A stretch of DNA of 64,000 nucleotides from a virus. Every line of letters starts with the position of its first letter. Position 1 is the first letter of the stretch. The notes under the pieces were generated by a model, which ran no database searches, was not told the DNA's origin, and saw only the letters and a list, made by a program, of their open reading frames with translations. This document shows positions 25,744 through 36,400 of the stretch, in pieces. The position numbers and the translations under genes were made by a program. The stretch covers positions 1-64,000 of the IMG/VR virus record IMGVR_UViG_3300008954_000022. One strand, written 5' to 3'.

Positions 25744-28700
25744 TGTCAACCGGCGGTGTTCCAAACTCAAATGCAGTTTCAGATGAACGGGCCAATGCCC
25801 CAGAGCCACATGTTGAGGTTAAGGGTCTTAACTCTGAGATAGAACCGTTCCCTGCTGAAGCACAGATTCAGGCGGTAACTGCACCCAAGAGAATAAACCT
25901 GGAGACAAATATGTCTGTAGGGGAGCTGATGGACATGTCGATGTCGTCGGTCAGGCCTGAGATAATAGCTTCTGTGGAAATGTCAGAGTTTTCGGACGCA
26001 CCTCTCGTTCTTAAACTCTTAAAGAGTAGAAGATTCGAAGCCGGTTTGAGGCATGCTCAGATTGAGTCTGGATTCAAAGTAGTCCAGGATCAGGACCCCG
26101 ATGGAATTTATACAGAGCTGACAGAAGAACAGATCCAGGAATCTGATAAACTCACTAGTGAGATTGAGTCACTGAGAACAGTGCGTTACGCAATTGACGA
26201 GGTGATAAAGGTCTTAAATCTTCGCGGAAACTCAGAGACACTAGTGGCAGCTGCAAAGGATATCCTCAACGAGGGATTGGACCCGGATGAGGCATCATCA
26301 ACATCCTTCCCAGGTACTGTTGATGAGATACTGGAAACCTGGTGTGGATTTCAGGGACAGACTGTCAGGGCTTTTTCTAATTCGAAGACCTATGCGACTC
26401 TTCTTCGGGAGCTCTCATCTGCTATAGGAGGTGTATACCCATCATTGATTGACCACGGACAACATCGAATAGATGAAGGAGCTATAAAGCTAGGAAGTCG
26501 GAATATTGCGCCGCCGAATCTTAGTCATCAATTGAATTGTGCTCACATTGGTAATCGATCTGGTGTAAAGACTCCTGTTGGGTCCGGAACCCATACCGGT
26601 GCCGGCGGAAATATTTCTTCCGGTCCAATCCGAGGCCTCGACCGAGCTCTTGTTCTAGCAACACTTCTCTCTAACGAGCTAACGGTCTCCGCCGGCATAG
26701 GAAGACTGTCGGGAATGCCGATCGGCAATCGATTTGGAGCGACTCAGGAGGATCCAGTGCTCGGTGCACTCGGAATTTCGCCATCTTTGAGCAATGTTAA
26801 TATTACAACAATGACAACCAAGCCCGGAAGTCTGGCAGATTTTATTGTTGTGAATGAGACACAGAACAACGCTCAGAGCACCGTTCTTCCCTTCGAAGCA
26901 GCTCCCGTCCGCGCCGCTGGAAAAACACTGACATCAGGAGCGGATTTCTTCGTAGAGGGTCCCCTAAGGTTTCCTGGCGGAAACCATGTTGACTCGTACA
27001 AGCGTTACGCATCAAGCTTGTCCGACACCACTCAGGATGTTTCAAGTTACCTCGAGGAGCTACTTGCGCTGGGTGAGAAGGAGATACCGATAACACCCCA
27101 GGGAGTGCTTATAAGGTGTCTAACAGAGCTTTATAAAGTAGCTGCATTTTTGTCTGAGACATTCGAATCAGGAAATATCCCTCGTATAACTTACACTACA
27201 GCAGCCTTTTATGCTAACTCCACCACCGTCACATCGAAGAATTGGTGGACTGGCGCTAATGCTGACATTCCCGTCCGGGCCAGCCTTTTGGGTGTGACTC
27301 TGAGATTTAGGGAAGAGTTTGATCAGCAGCTGCTCGACAAGAGCTTCGTTCCCAATAGGACTCAGGCCGGGGATTTAGGGGCGACTGAAAATGACACAGA
27401 AGCTATTTTTGACATGGAAAGAGGCAATACCTATGAGCACCAGCTAGGGAACATCAAGGGATCTGTCAAGACGTCGACCTTCACTAAAGTAAAGAACAGA
27501 GAGGGCGGTTGGGCTTCCTGGACCCACACAGATAAGTTTAGCCCAATGGGAAACTTGAGATCGGCCGACAATCCGGACGATATGAGTCTAGTAGAGTCAC
27601 CCGTCCAGATAGCTAGAGAGCTTCAGCGTGAGGCAATGAACTTGGCGCAGCGGGAGAAGTCCTCTGCTTCCTATCTAGACTCCAGCGGTTTTACGAGATT
27701 CAATAGGTGGGATGACAATCTAATTGTAGCTGTGGTTCAAGAGATTCTAATGTCTCTCTCAAGTCACTTTTTCAAGATGTATATTGTAACCCACTCCCCT
27801 CATGGGCGCAAAACGTACCCCGGCACTGGAGATCCATGGTGTAGTATAGCCTGGTCTCCAGTTGCGATGCGAAAACTAAGGGACTTTTTGGAATCCTTAA
27901 TTCTAACGTCGCAGTCAGGTGTCTCTCTAGAGTCGATGTGGTTGGATAGTGGAGAGTCAGCGTCAGTTCCAGGTGTGATTAGATCGTCTACATTCAGGGG
28001 AAGATACCCCCGTGTTACTGTGGCTGAGGATCTGTCTAGCATGATGACATCAGCAATAAACCATCGAAAATTCATAAAGATGATTGTGTCGCTCTTAAAG
28101 GCCACTGGAAATGAGATTCTCCGAGCCTCTGATTTATCAAGTCAAGTCTACAGTGCCCTTTCGGACCCAGAAGCTACCCAGAAGGAGGACTCTGAGCTAA
28201 CTTCGGATGTGCACGAGGCACTAGTACGCTTGTCTAGGAGCCCTTCTGGACGACAATCACTCAAGTATTTAACACCAGATCAGACTAGCCTCAAGCTAGT
28301 TGACAAGATGAGATCCACTCCCAATAGCTCAACAGCATCTCAGCTAGAGTCCGACCTGACCCTATCACCCTCACAGCGCCTGGCCGTGGACTCCTTCGTA
28401 GCCGGCCCACACGTTGCTGATATAACGTTCCCGGGAGATGGAACAGTTCTTTCTGTGGGCCTTCCTGTGGGAATGATGAGGGAGCTCCGCAGGCCTGTGC
28501 TGGACGGCGATGGCGGTGCTTCGGTTGATTTTGCTGATCCTGACGCATCAGGTGTTAGTATACGGGTGCACCGAGTGAGTGAGCTTCATACGGGTCTCTC
28601 ATCGTGGATACCTCTCGAGTTCCAGTTTGATACCGAGCTATTTCTCCTTCCCGACTCTATTCGAGTGACTGACGCCGTGCATGGAATAAATCAGGGATCC

Positions 28701-29411
28701 CTATCCCTACAGGTTATTGTTGACACATCTGTCTGGTATAGAATTCGATCAGGAAGGATAATCTCAGCCGATCTGGGCTCTGACCTAAGAGCAGCAGATC
28801 CCTCGAAGGCAGCCATCCTCAACAATCACATGAAGAGTTACCTGTATGAACTAATGATCTACGAAGTCTCAGGTCTCCCCCTAAATGAGAAGAATTTTCT
28901 CTTTCAGGGAAACCTCTTGAATCCCTTGATAGACAAGGAGACACGAGACAGACTGAGTAAGCTGCTTGGGAAAGATGACATAGCTGAGCTACTGGATATT
29001 ACAGGGTCTACTTTTAATAGAATTTTTGTGGAAGAGCGTGTTAATGCTGTAGACTATTTGAAGTGCCAGACTGGTAACGTCCTATCCAGTATGTTGAGCT
29101 CTCGATCGGTGAATACTCAAAATGAGTTTGGAACAATCATAACAACATATCATCCGCCAGAGATAAAGAAAGATTCGCTTCGCGCCGGGATAATGCTTTC
29201 TAAGTCAGGACTCCTGTCGGCTCGAGTTCGTCGTGAGCGTGTCTTAAGCCCCTCCCAGTTTGATAGAATCTTCAATATTATGATCGAGTCCCAGGACTTC
29301 TCAAATTCTGCACAATCACATACTAATCCCATTGTGCGCAGTCACTACTATCAAAACTGGATGAAAGGGGACATTAATGGTTACTACTGTGAAGTTGACC
29401 TGGTGGGATAG
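25743..29411 (+). CDS. Large hypothetical protein, probably virion-associated
   Basis: 1222-aa ORF coupled by TAATG; no family motif recognised. Confidence 0.6.
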   Translation: MSTGGVPNSNAVSDERANAPEPHVEVKGLNSEIEPFPAEAQIQAVTAPKRINLETNMSVGELMDMSMSSVRPEIIASVEMSEFSDAPLVLKLLKSRRFEAGLRHAQIESGFKVVQDQDPDGIYTELTEEQIQESDKLTSEIESLRTVRYAIDEVIKVLNLRGNSETLVAAAKDILNEGLDPDEASSTSFPGTVDEILETWCGFQGQTVRAFSNSKTYATLLRELSSAIGGVYPSLIDHGQHRIDEGAIKLGSRNIAPPNLSHQLNCAHIGNRSGVKTPVGSGTHTGAGGNISSGPIRGLDRALVLATLLSNELTVSAGIGRLSGMPIGNRFGATQEDPVLGALGISPSLSNVNITTMTTKPGSLADFIVVNETQNNAQSTVLPFEAAPVRAAGKTLTSGADFFVEGPLRFPGGNHVDSYKRYASSLSDTTQDVSSYLEELLALGEKEIPITPQGVLIRCLTELYKVAAFLSETFESGNIPRITYTTAAFYANSTTVTSKNWWTGANADIPVRASLLGVTLRFREEFDQQLLDKSFVPNRTQAGDLGATENDTEAIFDMERGNTYEHQLGNIKGSVKTSTFTKVKNREGGWASWTHTDKFSPMGNLRSADNPDDMSLVESPVQIARELQREAMNLAQREKSSASYLDSSGFTRFNRWDDNLIVAVVQEILMSLSSHFFKMYIVTHSPHGRKTYPGTGDPWCSIAWSPVAMRKLRDFLESLILTSQSGVSLESMWLDSGESASVPGVIRSSTFRGRYPRVTVAEDLSSMMTSAINHRKFIKMIVSLLKATGNEILRASDLSSQVYSALSDPEATQKEDSELTSDVHEALVRLSRSPSGRQSLKYLTPDQTSLKLVDKMRSTPNSSTASQLESDLTLSPSQRLAVDSFVAGPHVADITFPGDGTVLSVGLPVGMMRELRRPVLDGDGGASVDFADPDASGVSIRVHRVSELHTGLSSWIPLEFQFDTELFLLPDSIRVTDAVHGINQGSLSLQVIVDTSVWYRIRSGRIISADLGSDLRAADPSKAAILNNHMKSYLYELMIYEVSGLPLNEKNFLFQGNLLNPLIDKETRDRLSKLLGKDDIAELLDITGSTFNRIFVEERVNAVDYLKCQTGNVLSSMLSSRSVNTQNEFGTIITTYHPPEIKKDSLRAGIMLSKSGLLSARVRRERVLSPSQFDRIFNIMIESQDFSNSAQSHTNPIVRSHYYQNWMKGDINGYYCEVDLVG

Positions 29412-29422
29412 GAGAGTGAAAC

Positions 29423-31222
29423 ATGTCTGAGAGCTATCCATCTAAGGAGGTCTGTGTCGCAAACTTTCCGGATCCGAGCAGCATCGTAGCAAATTTTGTC
29501 TATAACTTCTTCACAAAAGACGAGAAGATAAATGACTCTGGTGTTACTGCTGCCTACGGAGAGATAACAGAGAGCCGACAGGCACTAATAGACAACAAGA
29601 CAATGGAAAAAACAGTGCCCAGATACATTCGCATTGACTGGCCGACTATTCGAGTCAATCATGAGAGGTATGAGGATGAGGCGCGAAGTGGTCTTGTCCA
29701 GCAGTACAGGCACAGAATTCAGTCAGAGGATGAGATCGCGATACCATTCCAGAAGCGAATGATAATTCAGGACACAGGCCTCAAACACCGCCTCCGAAAC
29801 CTGTTAGATGAGTTTATGAGGGATAGAGTTGAGGATTCAACGTTAGAGGCAACCGCATCCCAGACAGACATCGCCGAGGCCATCAATATGTTAACACCTG
29901 ACGAGGTCCAGGGAGAACAAATTCTTGAGCTTCTTTTAGATCGAGAGGAGCAGGGTATTGCATTTGTTAATGAGGTGGGGGAGAAGATAGTAACTGACAC
30001 ACTAGCCGGCCAGACCAACTTTCGTTTCACATTGAAATCAGATGAGAGATTTCTGGGTGATATAAGTCGACAGATGTATGCTAATCCTCTATGTCCCTCT
30101 GGAGTAACACAGGGCATTAATATTGATGAATCAGTAAGAAGACAAGGTAGCGCTAGGCAGAATACAAATTCTGAGATAAACATTGATATAGACTATGAGC
30201 CCAATTTAAGGATCTTTCAGTGGCTGCTGGAGGGCGCGCCCAGCCTCCCGCAAGTGGGAGCTGTTGGCTATGTAATCGACAAGTACGAGATGCTCCCGGA
30301 TGGCACACGAGGACAGCATACGTCGCTGTACATGAATGGTTCGCATGTGTCCAGCGTAATTGACTCTAAAATAAAGTATGGAATGACGTACGCGTACACC
30401 GTCAGCGCTGTGTTTATTGTTGAGATAACCTCACCAGGCCCATGGGGGTTGACCTGGAAAGCCCGTGCACTAGTGAAATCTCGACCGAGCCCACAAGTAG
30501 TGGTCCAGTGTGTTGAGCACGTGCCGCCCCCAGAGCCTGATGGAATATTCTACTACTACATGCCTGAGTCTTCGGGACTAAACATCAACTGGCAGTTTCC
30601 AGTATCATCCCAGAGAGATGTCAAAAAGTTCCAGGTCTTTCGTAGAAGAAACATAGAAGAGCCCTTTACAATAATTGCTCAGTTTGATTTCGATGACTCT
30701 GTGATCAAGTCACACACTAATGAGACAGTAGACGAGAGCATAAATCACATTCTTCCAGGAAGTAGAACTTACTTTATTGATTCTGATTTTGATAGGGATG
30801 GAGACTTTATCTACACAGTGTGCTCAATTGATGCCCACGGCCTCACATCAAACTACGGTGCCCAGACAAGGGTATACTTTGACAAGCTAAGCAACTCGCT
30901 TAAGCTTAAGTCGATGTCTAGACCCGGTGCTCCTAAGCAGTACCCAAACATGTTTGTGAGCCCAACTGAGTCTGCTAATATCACAACAAACAGGATAACT
31001 GAGGATGTGATGAAGGATAGTGGTCACCAAAGCATGCGAATTTATCTAGATCCTGAATACTTAACAGTTCGAGGCGAGCATGGTGAGGACTTAAAGCTTC
31101 TGGCAACAGACAGGGACAGGGGTCTTTACAAGTTCCAGATAATCAATGTGGACAGGCAGAAGGCGCGTACAGTGACAATAAATCTTAGAGATAGACAGAC
31201 AGCTCGCCGAGTCCAACAATGA
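29423..31222 (+). CDS. Hypothetical virion protein with FN3-like domains
   Basis: GYVIDKYE...IKYGMTYAYTVSA and PPPEP...INWQFP...KKFQVFRR...FIYTVCSIDAHG; AGGAG upstream. Confidence 0.65.
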   Translation: MSESYPSKEVCVANFPDPSSIVANFVYNFFTKDEKINDSGVTAAYGEITESRQALIDNKTMEKTVPRYIRIDWPTIRVNHERYEDEARSGLVQQYRHRIQSEDEIAIPFQKRMIIQDTGLKHRLRNLLDEFMRDRVEDSTLEATASQTDIAEAINMLTPDEVQGEQILELLLDREEQGIAFVNEVGEKIVTDTLAGQTNFRFTLKSDERFLGDISRQMYANPLCPSGVTQGINIDESVRRQGSARQNTNSEINIDIDYEPNLRIFQWLLEGAPSLPQVGAVGYVIDKYEMLPDGTRGQHTSLYMNGSHVSSVIDSKIKYGMTYAYTVSAVFIVEITSPGPWGLTWKARALVKSRPSPQVVVQCVEHVPPPEPDGIFYYYMPESSGLNINWQFPVSSQRDVKKFQVFRRRNIEEPFTIIAQFDFDDSVIKSHTNETVDESINHILPGSRTYFIDSDFDRDGDFIYTVCSIDAHGLTSNYGAQTRVYFDKLSNSLKLKSMSRPGAPKQYPNMFVSPTESANITTNRITEDVMKDSGHQSMRIYLDPEYLTVRGEHGEDLKLLATDRDRGLYKFQIINVDRQKARTVTINLRDRQTARRVQQ

Positions 31223-31276
31223 TGAGGATGAGCTTGAAATCAGTGGATACCGTTTACGGCCTATCTGATATTCATT

Positions 31277-31283
31277 ATACTTA
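31277..31283 (+). promoter_or_regulatory. Putative late promoter motif ATACTTA
   Basis: In the 161-nt intergenic gap before 31384. Confidence 0.5.
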
Positions 31284-31307
31284 TCTGCGAGCGTTTAGGA
31301 GCATATC

Positions 31308-31382
31308 GTGATCTCAAGAGGGTGCAGAGCACTCAAACATCCACTCCTGTGGGACACAGGAAGACCGCAAGGGGAGAAATAA
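31308..31382 (+). CDS. Possible 24-aa leader ORF (MISRGCRALKHPLLWDTGRPQGEK)
   Basis: AGGAG at 31297-31301, GTG at 31308, TAA at 31380-31382 ending 1 nt before ATG 31384. Confidence 0.3.
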   Translation: MISRGCRALKHPLLWDTGRPQGEK

Positions 31383-31383
31383 G

Positions 31384-32100
31384 ATGGGATTCCTTGATCA
31401 TTCAACCAACAACATTATTGTTGACGCTGTCCTGACAGATATTGGAAGGGAATTTTTGGCTGCCAACAAGGGCGACTTTATGATTTCTTTTTTCTCTCTG
31501 TCAGACGACGAGGTGGACTACACTATTATTGAAAAGTTCGGAAGGACTGTGGGCAAGGAGAAGATCATTAAGAATACACCGATCTTCGAAGCCCAGACGC
31601 AGTCCGGCATCGCGCAGAAGTTTCGCATGTTGAGCCTTCCCGATCCAACAGTTCGTAACCTTCCAACTGTGTCGCTGCAGGGAACATCAGGACTCACCGG
31701 AAACACAGTGGCATTTAATACAAGCACCAACTCTTCTCGTGAGGTGGTGTTTGAGCAGACAATTGAGGGTGAGACTAGAATTCCTGAGGGGGTCTCCGAC
31801 ACCTCTTTCATTGTCATGGCACCCGATAGGTTTTTGGCTGTAGAGGGGCGATCGCCTTTCAATACTGAATCAACAACACGGATTTCATCTTACCTTGTTG
31901 AGCAGACGGGGGTTAACAACAAAAACGGGGCCCAGGTGCGGTTCAATCTAGTCCTCCAACCGGGATTGGATGACACAATTTTCACAATTTATGGAAATCT
32001 CGGGGACAAGAATACAATCACAAGCACGTGTGCTGTGATTGGTAATCAGTCCGGATATCGAAAGGACTTCACTGTGACCATCACGAGACCCACAGCGTAG
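31384..32100 (+). CDS. Virion structural protein with tail-collar-fibre-like N-terminus
   Basis: VDAVLTDIGREFLA....F.ISFFSLSDDEVDY; GGAG upstream. Confidence 0.65.
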   Translation: MGFLDHSTNNIIVDAVLTDIGREFLAANKGDFMISFFSLSDDEVDYTIIEKFGRTVGKEKIIKNTPIFEAQTQSGIAQKFRMLSLPDPTVRNLPTVSLQGTSGLTGNTVAFNTSTNSSREVVFEQTIEGETRIPEGVSDTSFIVMAPDRFLAVEGRSPFNTESTTRISSYLVEQTGVNNKNGAQVRFNLVLQPGLDDTIFTIYGNLGDKNTITSTCAVIGNQSGYRKDFTVTITRPTA

Positions 32101-32118
32101 GTAGAGGTAAAATAGACA

Positions 32119-33399
32119 ATGCCACAATTAACCGGTGGAAGCTTTAAGAGAATACAACCTGAGGACATTAAAGTCCGTCGATCGACACTAAATCAGTTGG
32201 TCGATATTATTCAGGAGGACATCTCCGGATCACAGACACGCCGTGCATATCAGGTCTTTGTTACGGGTGGTGTTGGTCCGGGTGTAACTTCGTCCCTGTT
32301 CCAGACAGTAAATGATCAGGACTTCTCTCTACAGACTGCCAATCCAATCTTCGACCTAACTGTGGGACTCCATGCATCGGGAACCACAGTGACGGTTGCG
32401 TCCACCGGCCTAGACTCCGCCGGAAAACTTCTGTTCGCATCAAGTTCAGTGATGATGAGAGAGAAGGTGGACATCTATAAGCAGTACGCTCAGGCGCTTC
32501 TAGGTAATTCAGACTCGGCATTCTACTCGCCAATTGGTTCCACAGACGTGTCTGATCGAATCGATGAGGCCATGTTTGTCTCCTTTAAACGTCTGTTCGC
32601 AAGGGACAAGATCAAGAAAGAGACCTTTGCGATGCGTTTCTATCAAACAGGAACGATGACTGCTACTGAGACAGGCGACCATCCGCCACGGCCCACGCTG
32701 AACATTACGAGTGAGTCAGGTTCCGTGATCTTCACCGATATTGGCGCAGCGACCAACACCCGACGAATATTTGGGGGTGACGTCGCAAACGTCGTTGCAG
32801 CGTCCAATACAGCTCGACGCGTCGGCCTTATCTTCTATGATCACGGAACAGTACTCCTCGACCTCGCGAAGGTGATATCAGGGACTCAGCATGTCTCCGG
32901 TGTTATTAGGGCGATGAATCAGTACTCACCTGACGGACTCCTAGCGACGGGAACAATGGTCATTGGGCACGGTTTTGAGAGCGTTGCTGATCCTACGAGA
33001 CAGATATTCTCAGGCAATCCGAATGCGAAGTACATTCCCGACCTAATGGTGTCGGCATCGATCGATGATATTGTCAACCATCTAGCAACTACTCGATTCT
33101 CCTCAGGAACACTAACAGCGATGACATTCCAGAATGTCACAATGATTAACTCGACGTTGGTCTTCTGCCGGGCTACTGCGGATGAATTCAATTTCTCCAC
33201 GAATCCAACATACACAAATAATTCTGGGCGAATTCGAGTGATTGATCAGGGGCAGGAAACACAGAGATCGTTCTCCTTCCCAACAACAATTGGCCTCCAC
33301 GATGATTTTGGGAACTTGCTGGCAGTTGCAAAGCTCTCCAGGCCTATTGAGAAAAACGATGAGCGGGATCTCACCTTCCGTGTTCGTTTGGACTTCTAG
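32119..33399 (+). CDS. Baseplate-associated structural protein
   Basis: C-terminal FNFSTNPT...TTIGLHDDFGNLLAVAKLSRPIEK......FRVRLDF, paralogous to the C-terminus of 33438..37121. Confidence 0.65.
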   Translation: MPQLTGGSFKRIQPEDIKVRRSTLNQLVDIIQEDISGSQTRRAYQVFVTGGVGPGVTSSLFQTVNDQDFSLQTANPIFDLTVGLHASGTTVTVASTGLDSAGKLLFASSSVMMREKVDIYKQYAQALLGNSDSAFYSPIGSTDVSDRIDEAMFVSFKRLFARDKIKKETFAMRFYQTGTMTATETGDHPPRPTLNITSESGSVIFTDIGAATNTRRIFGGDVANVVAASNTARRVGLIFYDHGTVLLDLAKVISGTQHVSGVIRAMNQYSPDGLLATGTMVIGHGFESVADPTRQIFSGNPNAKYIPDLMVSASIDDIVNHLATTRFSSGTLTAMTFQNVTMINSTLVFCRATADEFNFSTNPTYTNNSGRIRVIDQGQETQRSFSFPTTIGLHDDFGNLLAVAKLSRPIEKNDERDLTFRVRLDF

Positions 33400-33437
33400 T
33401 GGATCGGTTAATTGAAGTTTCAAGATGACGGCGTTAA

Positions 33438-36400
33438 ATGGCAATTATACCAATACCAATAGAGAATCTTGAACGATTTACCCTCACAGCCAATCCCCGC
33501 CGGACATTCACATCATCATCCTCAGGACTAACAGGGTCAGTTAAAGTCTTCTCTCGTGCTTCAACCATTGAGAAGGAGGCACAACCCCTCGAGGATTATG
33601 GTGGAGACAGCTGGGGAACAGCTGATGTTGAGGAGCTAAGGGTCCAGACTGTCAGGGACTCTAGGGGTTCAAGTGATATTTCTGGCAACATCAGTCAGTA
33701 TTTAGAGACTGTTAACTCCTCTTCAGCATCACCTGCACGTCAGAAGAAGGTGGAGGTCATTCGATTCGAGCCCTCCTTCAAGCTGACCAGTGACTCCCTT
33801 CGAAAGAATGTGGTGAGAAAGGTGCTCTTTCCCACATATCGAAGCACCTACCCCACATTGCAGTGGGCGTATCCCAACTACCACACCCTACACTTCTTTA
33901 CGTCCGACACGACTCCCACGGGATCTGTCCTCATATATCCAGCTGCTACTTCTTCCGGGGAGACCAATGAGGTCGACAACTTCATGTACTCACCCCACAA
34001 GGAGTTTACGTTCGATTTCTACATCAATCCGAAGTATTCGTCTGAACCGAACGACTCGAAATTCACTTCTACTGCAACATTCACGTTCTCAGATAAGCCT
34101 CCTGAAGAGTCCGCTATCACCCTGTTAGATAGCGATGGGACTTCGGTTGCTTTCGAAATAGATAACGAGAATAATGGTCTTAAACCACCAGCAGCCACCT
34201 TTACGCTAACCGACAAACCTAACGAAGGCAGTACAATCAATTTGATTGATGGTGATGGAACCTCAGTTACGTTTGAAGTTGATAACGAGAACAACGGTGT
34301 CTCTGCAGGCAATGTTGCTCTCAACGGAATCTATGCTGCAGGTGGCGGCGCCACAGGAACCGCTGCAGATCTTGCTGCAAAGATTAATGCTCAGTCTGCG
34401 TTAGATATGACAGCATCAGCGTCAGGAATTGGAGTAATAACCGTAACCCAGGGTTCAACTGTCGGCCGAAGCGGCAATACTACAATCACAGTAAATGACG
34501 CCGCTCACTGGAACAGCGTGTGCAGTGTAAATGTCCCCTCAGCTTTCACTGGTGGGCGTGGAGATGTCGCTGTAAGTGGAATTGCTGCCGCCGGCGGCGG
34601 CGCCACGGGAACTGCTGCAGATCTTACTGCAAAGATTAATGCACAATCATCCCTGGATATAGTAGCTACAAATCCCTCTGCGGGAGTAGTCTTACTCACG
34701 CAAGGTGCTGTCGAAACAAGCGCGGGTAATACTGCAATTACCCTAGACAATGCCGCTGCATGGAACGCAAGCACTAGTGTTAACGTTCCATCTACATTTA
34801 CAGGCGGCACTGAGCCTGGAAGAACAGTGTACCATCCGGGCACGGTCATTCACATGTCTTCCTCGTACGCAGTGAGCCTAATCTCGGGCTCATCGAAGGA
34901 TCACAACGGCAAGACGGATGGCTTCAGGATAATGTTGCAGCTGAGCAACAGTGCTGAGACATCGCCCAGGAATACTGTAGTAACAGCTAATAGTGCGAAT
35001 CAGCCCTTCCCGCAACGAGCGGTCGGTACAGGAGAACAGATCAGTGACATGGTATTCTTCTCGAAGGACAACGCGCTCAAGAGAAATCACTGGCATCATG
35101 TCGCTATTAGGTGGGGTTCCTCGATTAACAACGGCACAGGATCGTTCGTGATCGACGGAAAGGAGGACGCGACATTTGTGGTAACAGCCTCCTCAGTGAT
35201 GCCCCAGGCCTTTGAACCACCGTACGGTGATCCCGACGCCGTTTTTGTGGGCAACTTCTATGACGGTCCCAACAATGGTACACTGGATGGCTCAGGTGTT
35301 GTAGCACAGTTCTTCAATGCCAATGCTGCCCACCGTGAGGGTGTTACCAGCATGTTCACGAATGACTCGTACGACATGTCTAATGTAGATGCCACACACA
35401 ATGATATAGCAGAACACAAGATAAGATTCTCACACCCATTAAGGGCGGAGATCCACGATCTCAAGATATTCAACACTTACCACTCACTGCAACAGATAGC
35501 CTCATCCTCTCAGAAGGGACCTGATCCCCTTCCAGCTGACCTGATCTTCTATGTGCCACCTTTCTTTGTGAAGGAGACTAAGGAGCGGGAGGTGATGCAG
35601 ACACCGTTCCAGACAGTTCGATCGACCACAGATGATCCCTTTAACGTTGCCCTGTCGTTCGGCGTCGGTGGCCACATGTTGAACCTTCCAAACTTTACCC
35701 GAGAGTTCGTTAACGGCCTCTATCCTCGCCTCTTCAATCTGACGGGATCGACAATTGATGTGACCACGAACACGGCAGAGCTGTGTAACCTGTGGCTCTA
35801 CCGAAATGCGTCACTGAGAAAGAGAAACCTCACAGTGCTACCGTGTGATAACGGGAGGTTCAGTCCGTCATTCAACCTCCTCAAGTCAGGAACCCGAGTC
35901 GAAGTCCCTGCATCCGGATCACTGATCGATAGGTTTGTTAATGACTCTGGAAATATTGACTACGGCCTTATCAACCTCTCGAACATGGTCAGCACCGCAT
36001 CCCTACCGGAGGGGCTGATCGATATAACCAGTGAGAACCGCGGAAGGCAAGGAGTAGGAACTCAGGCTGCCTCTGCAGAGATTGTCTACACAGCAACCAA
36101 GACTGCGGATCAGACAACTATAAGCCTAACAGGATTACGCAAGAACTCGGTGACAAACTCTTATGACAGAGTGACGAAGGTCTACCGATTCGTATTCACA
36201 GGCGGTGTCAACGGAGATGTTCAGGGGGGCAAGGTTATAGTTGATGCCAGCAGCGCCGATGCCGATACTGTCTACGACAATTTTGTGTCTGCTGTCAATG
36301 GCTCCACCGGGCACGCAGGTCTAATTCTGGCCAGCAGAGATGCCAACGACACCGATGACTACGCCGGAGTGGTGACCCTCAATCAGCGCGCAGTGGGAAC

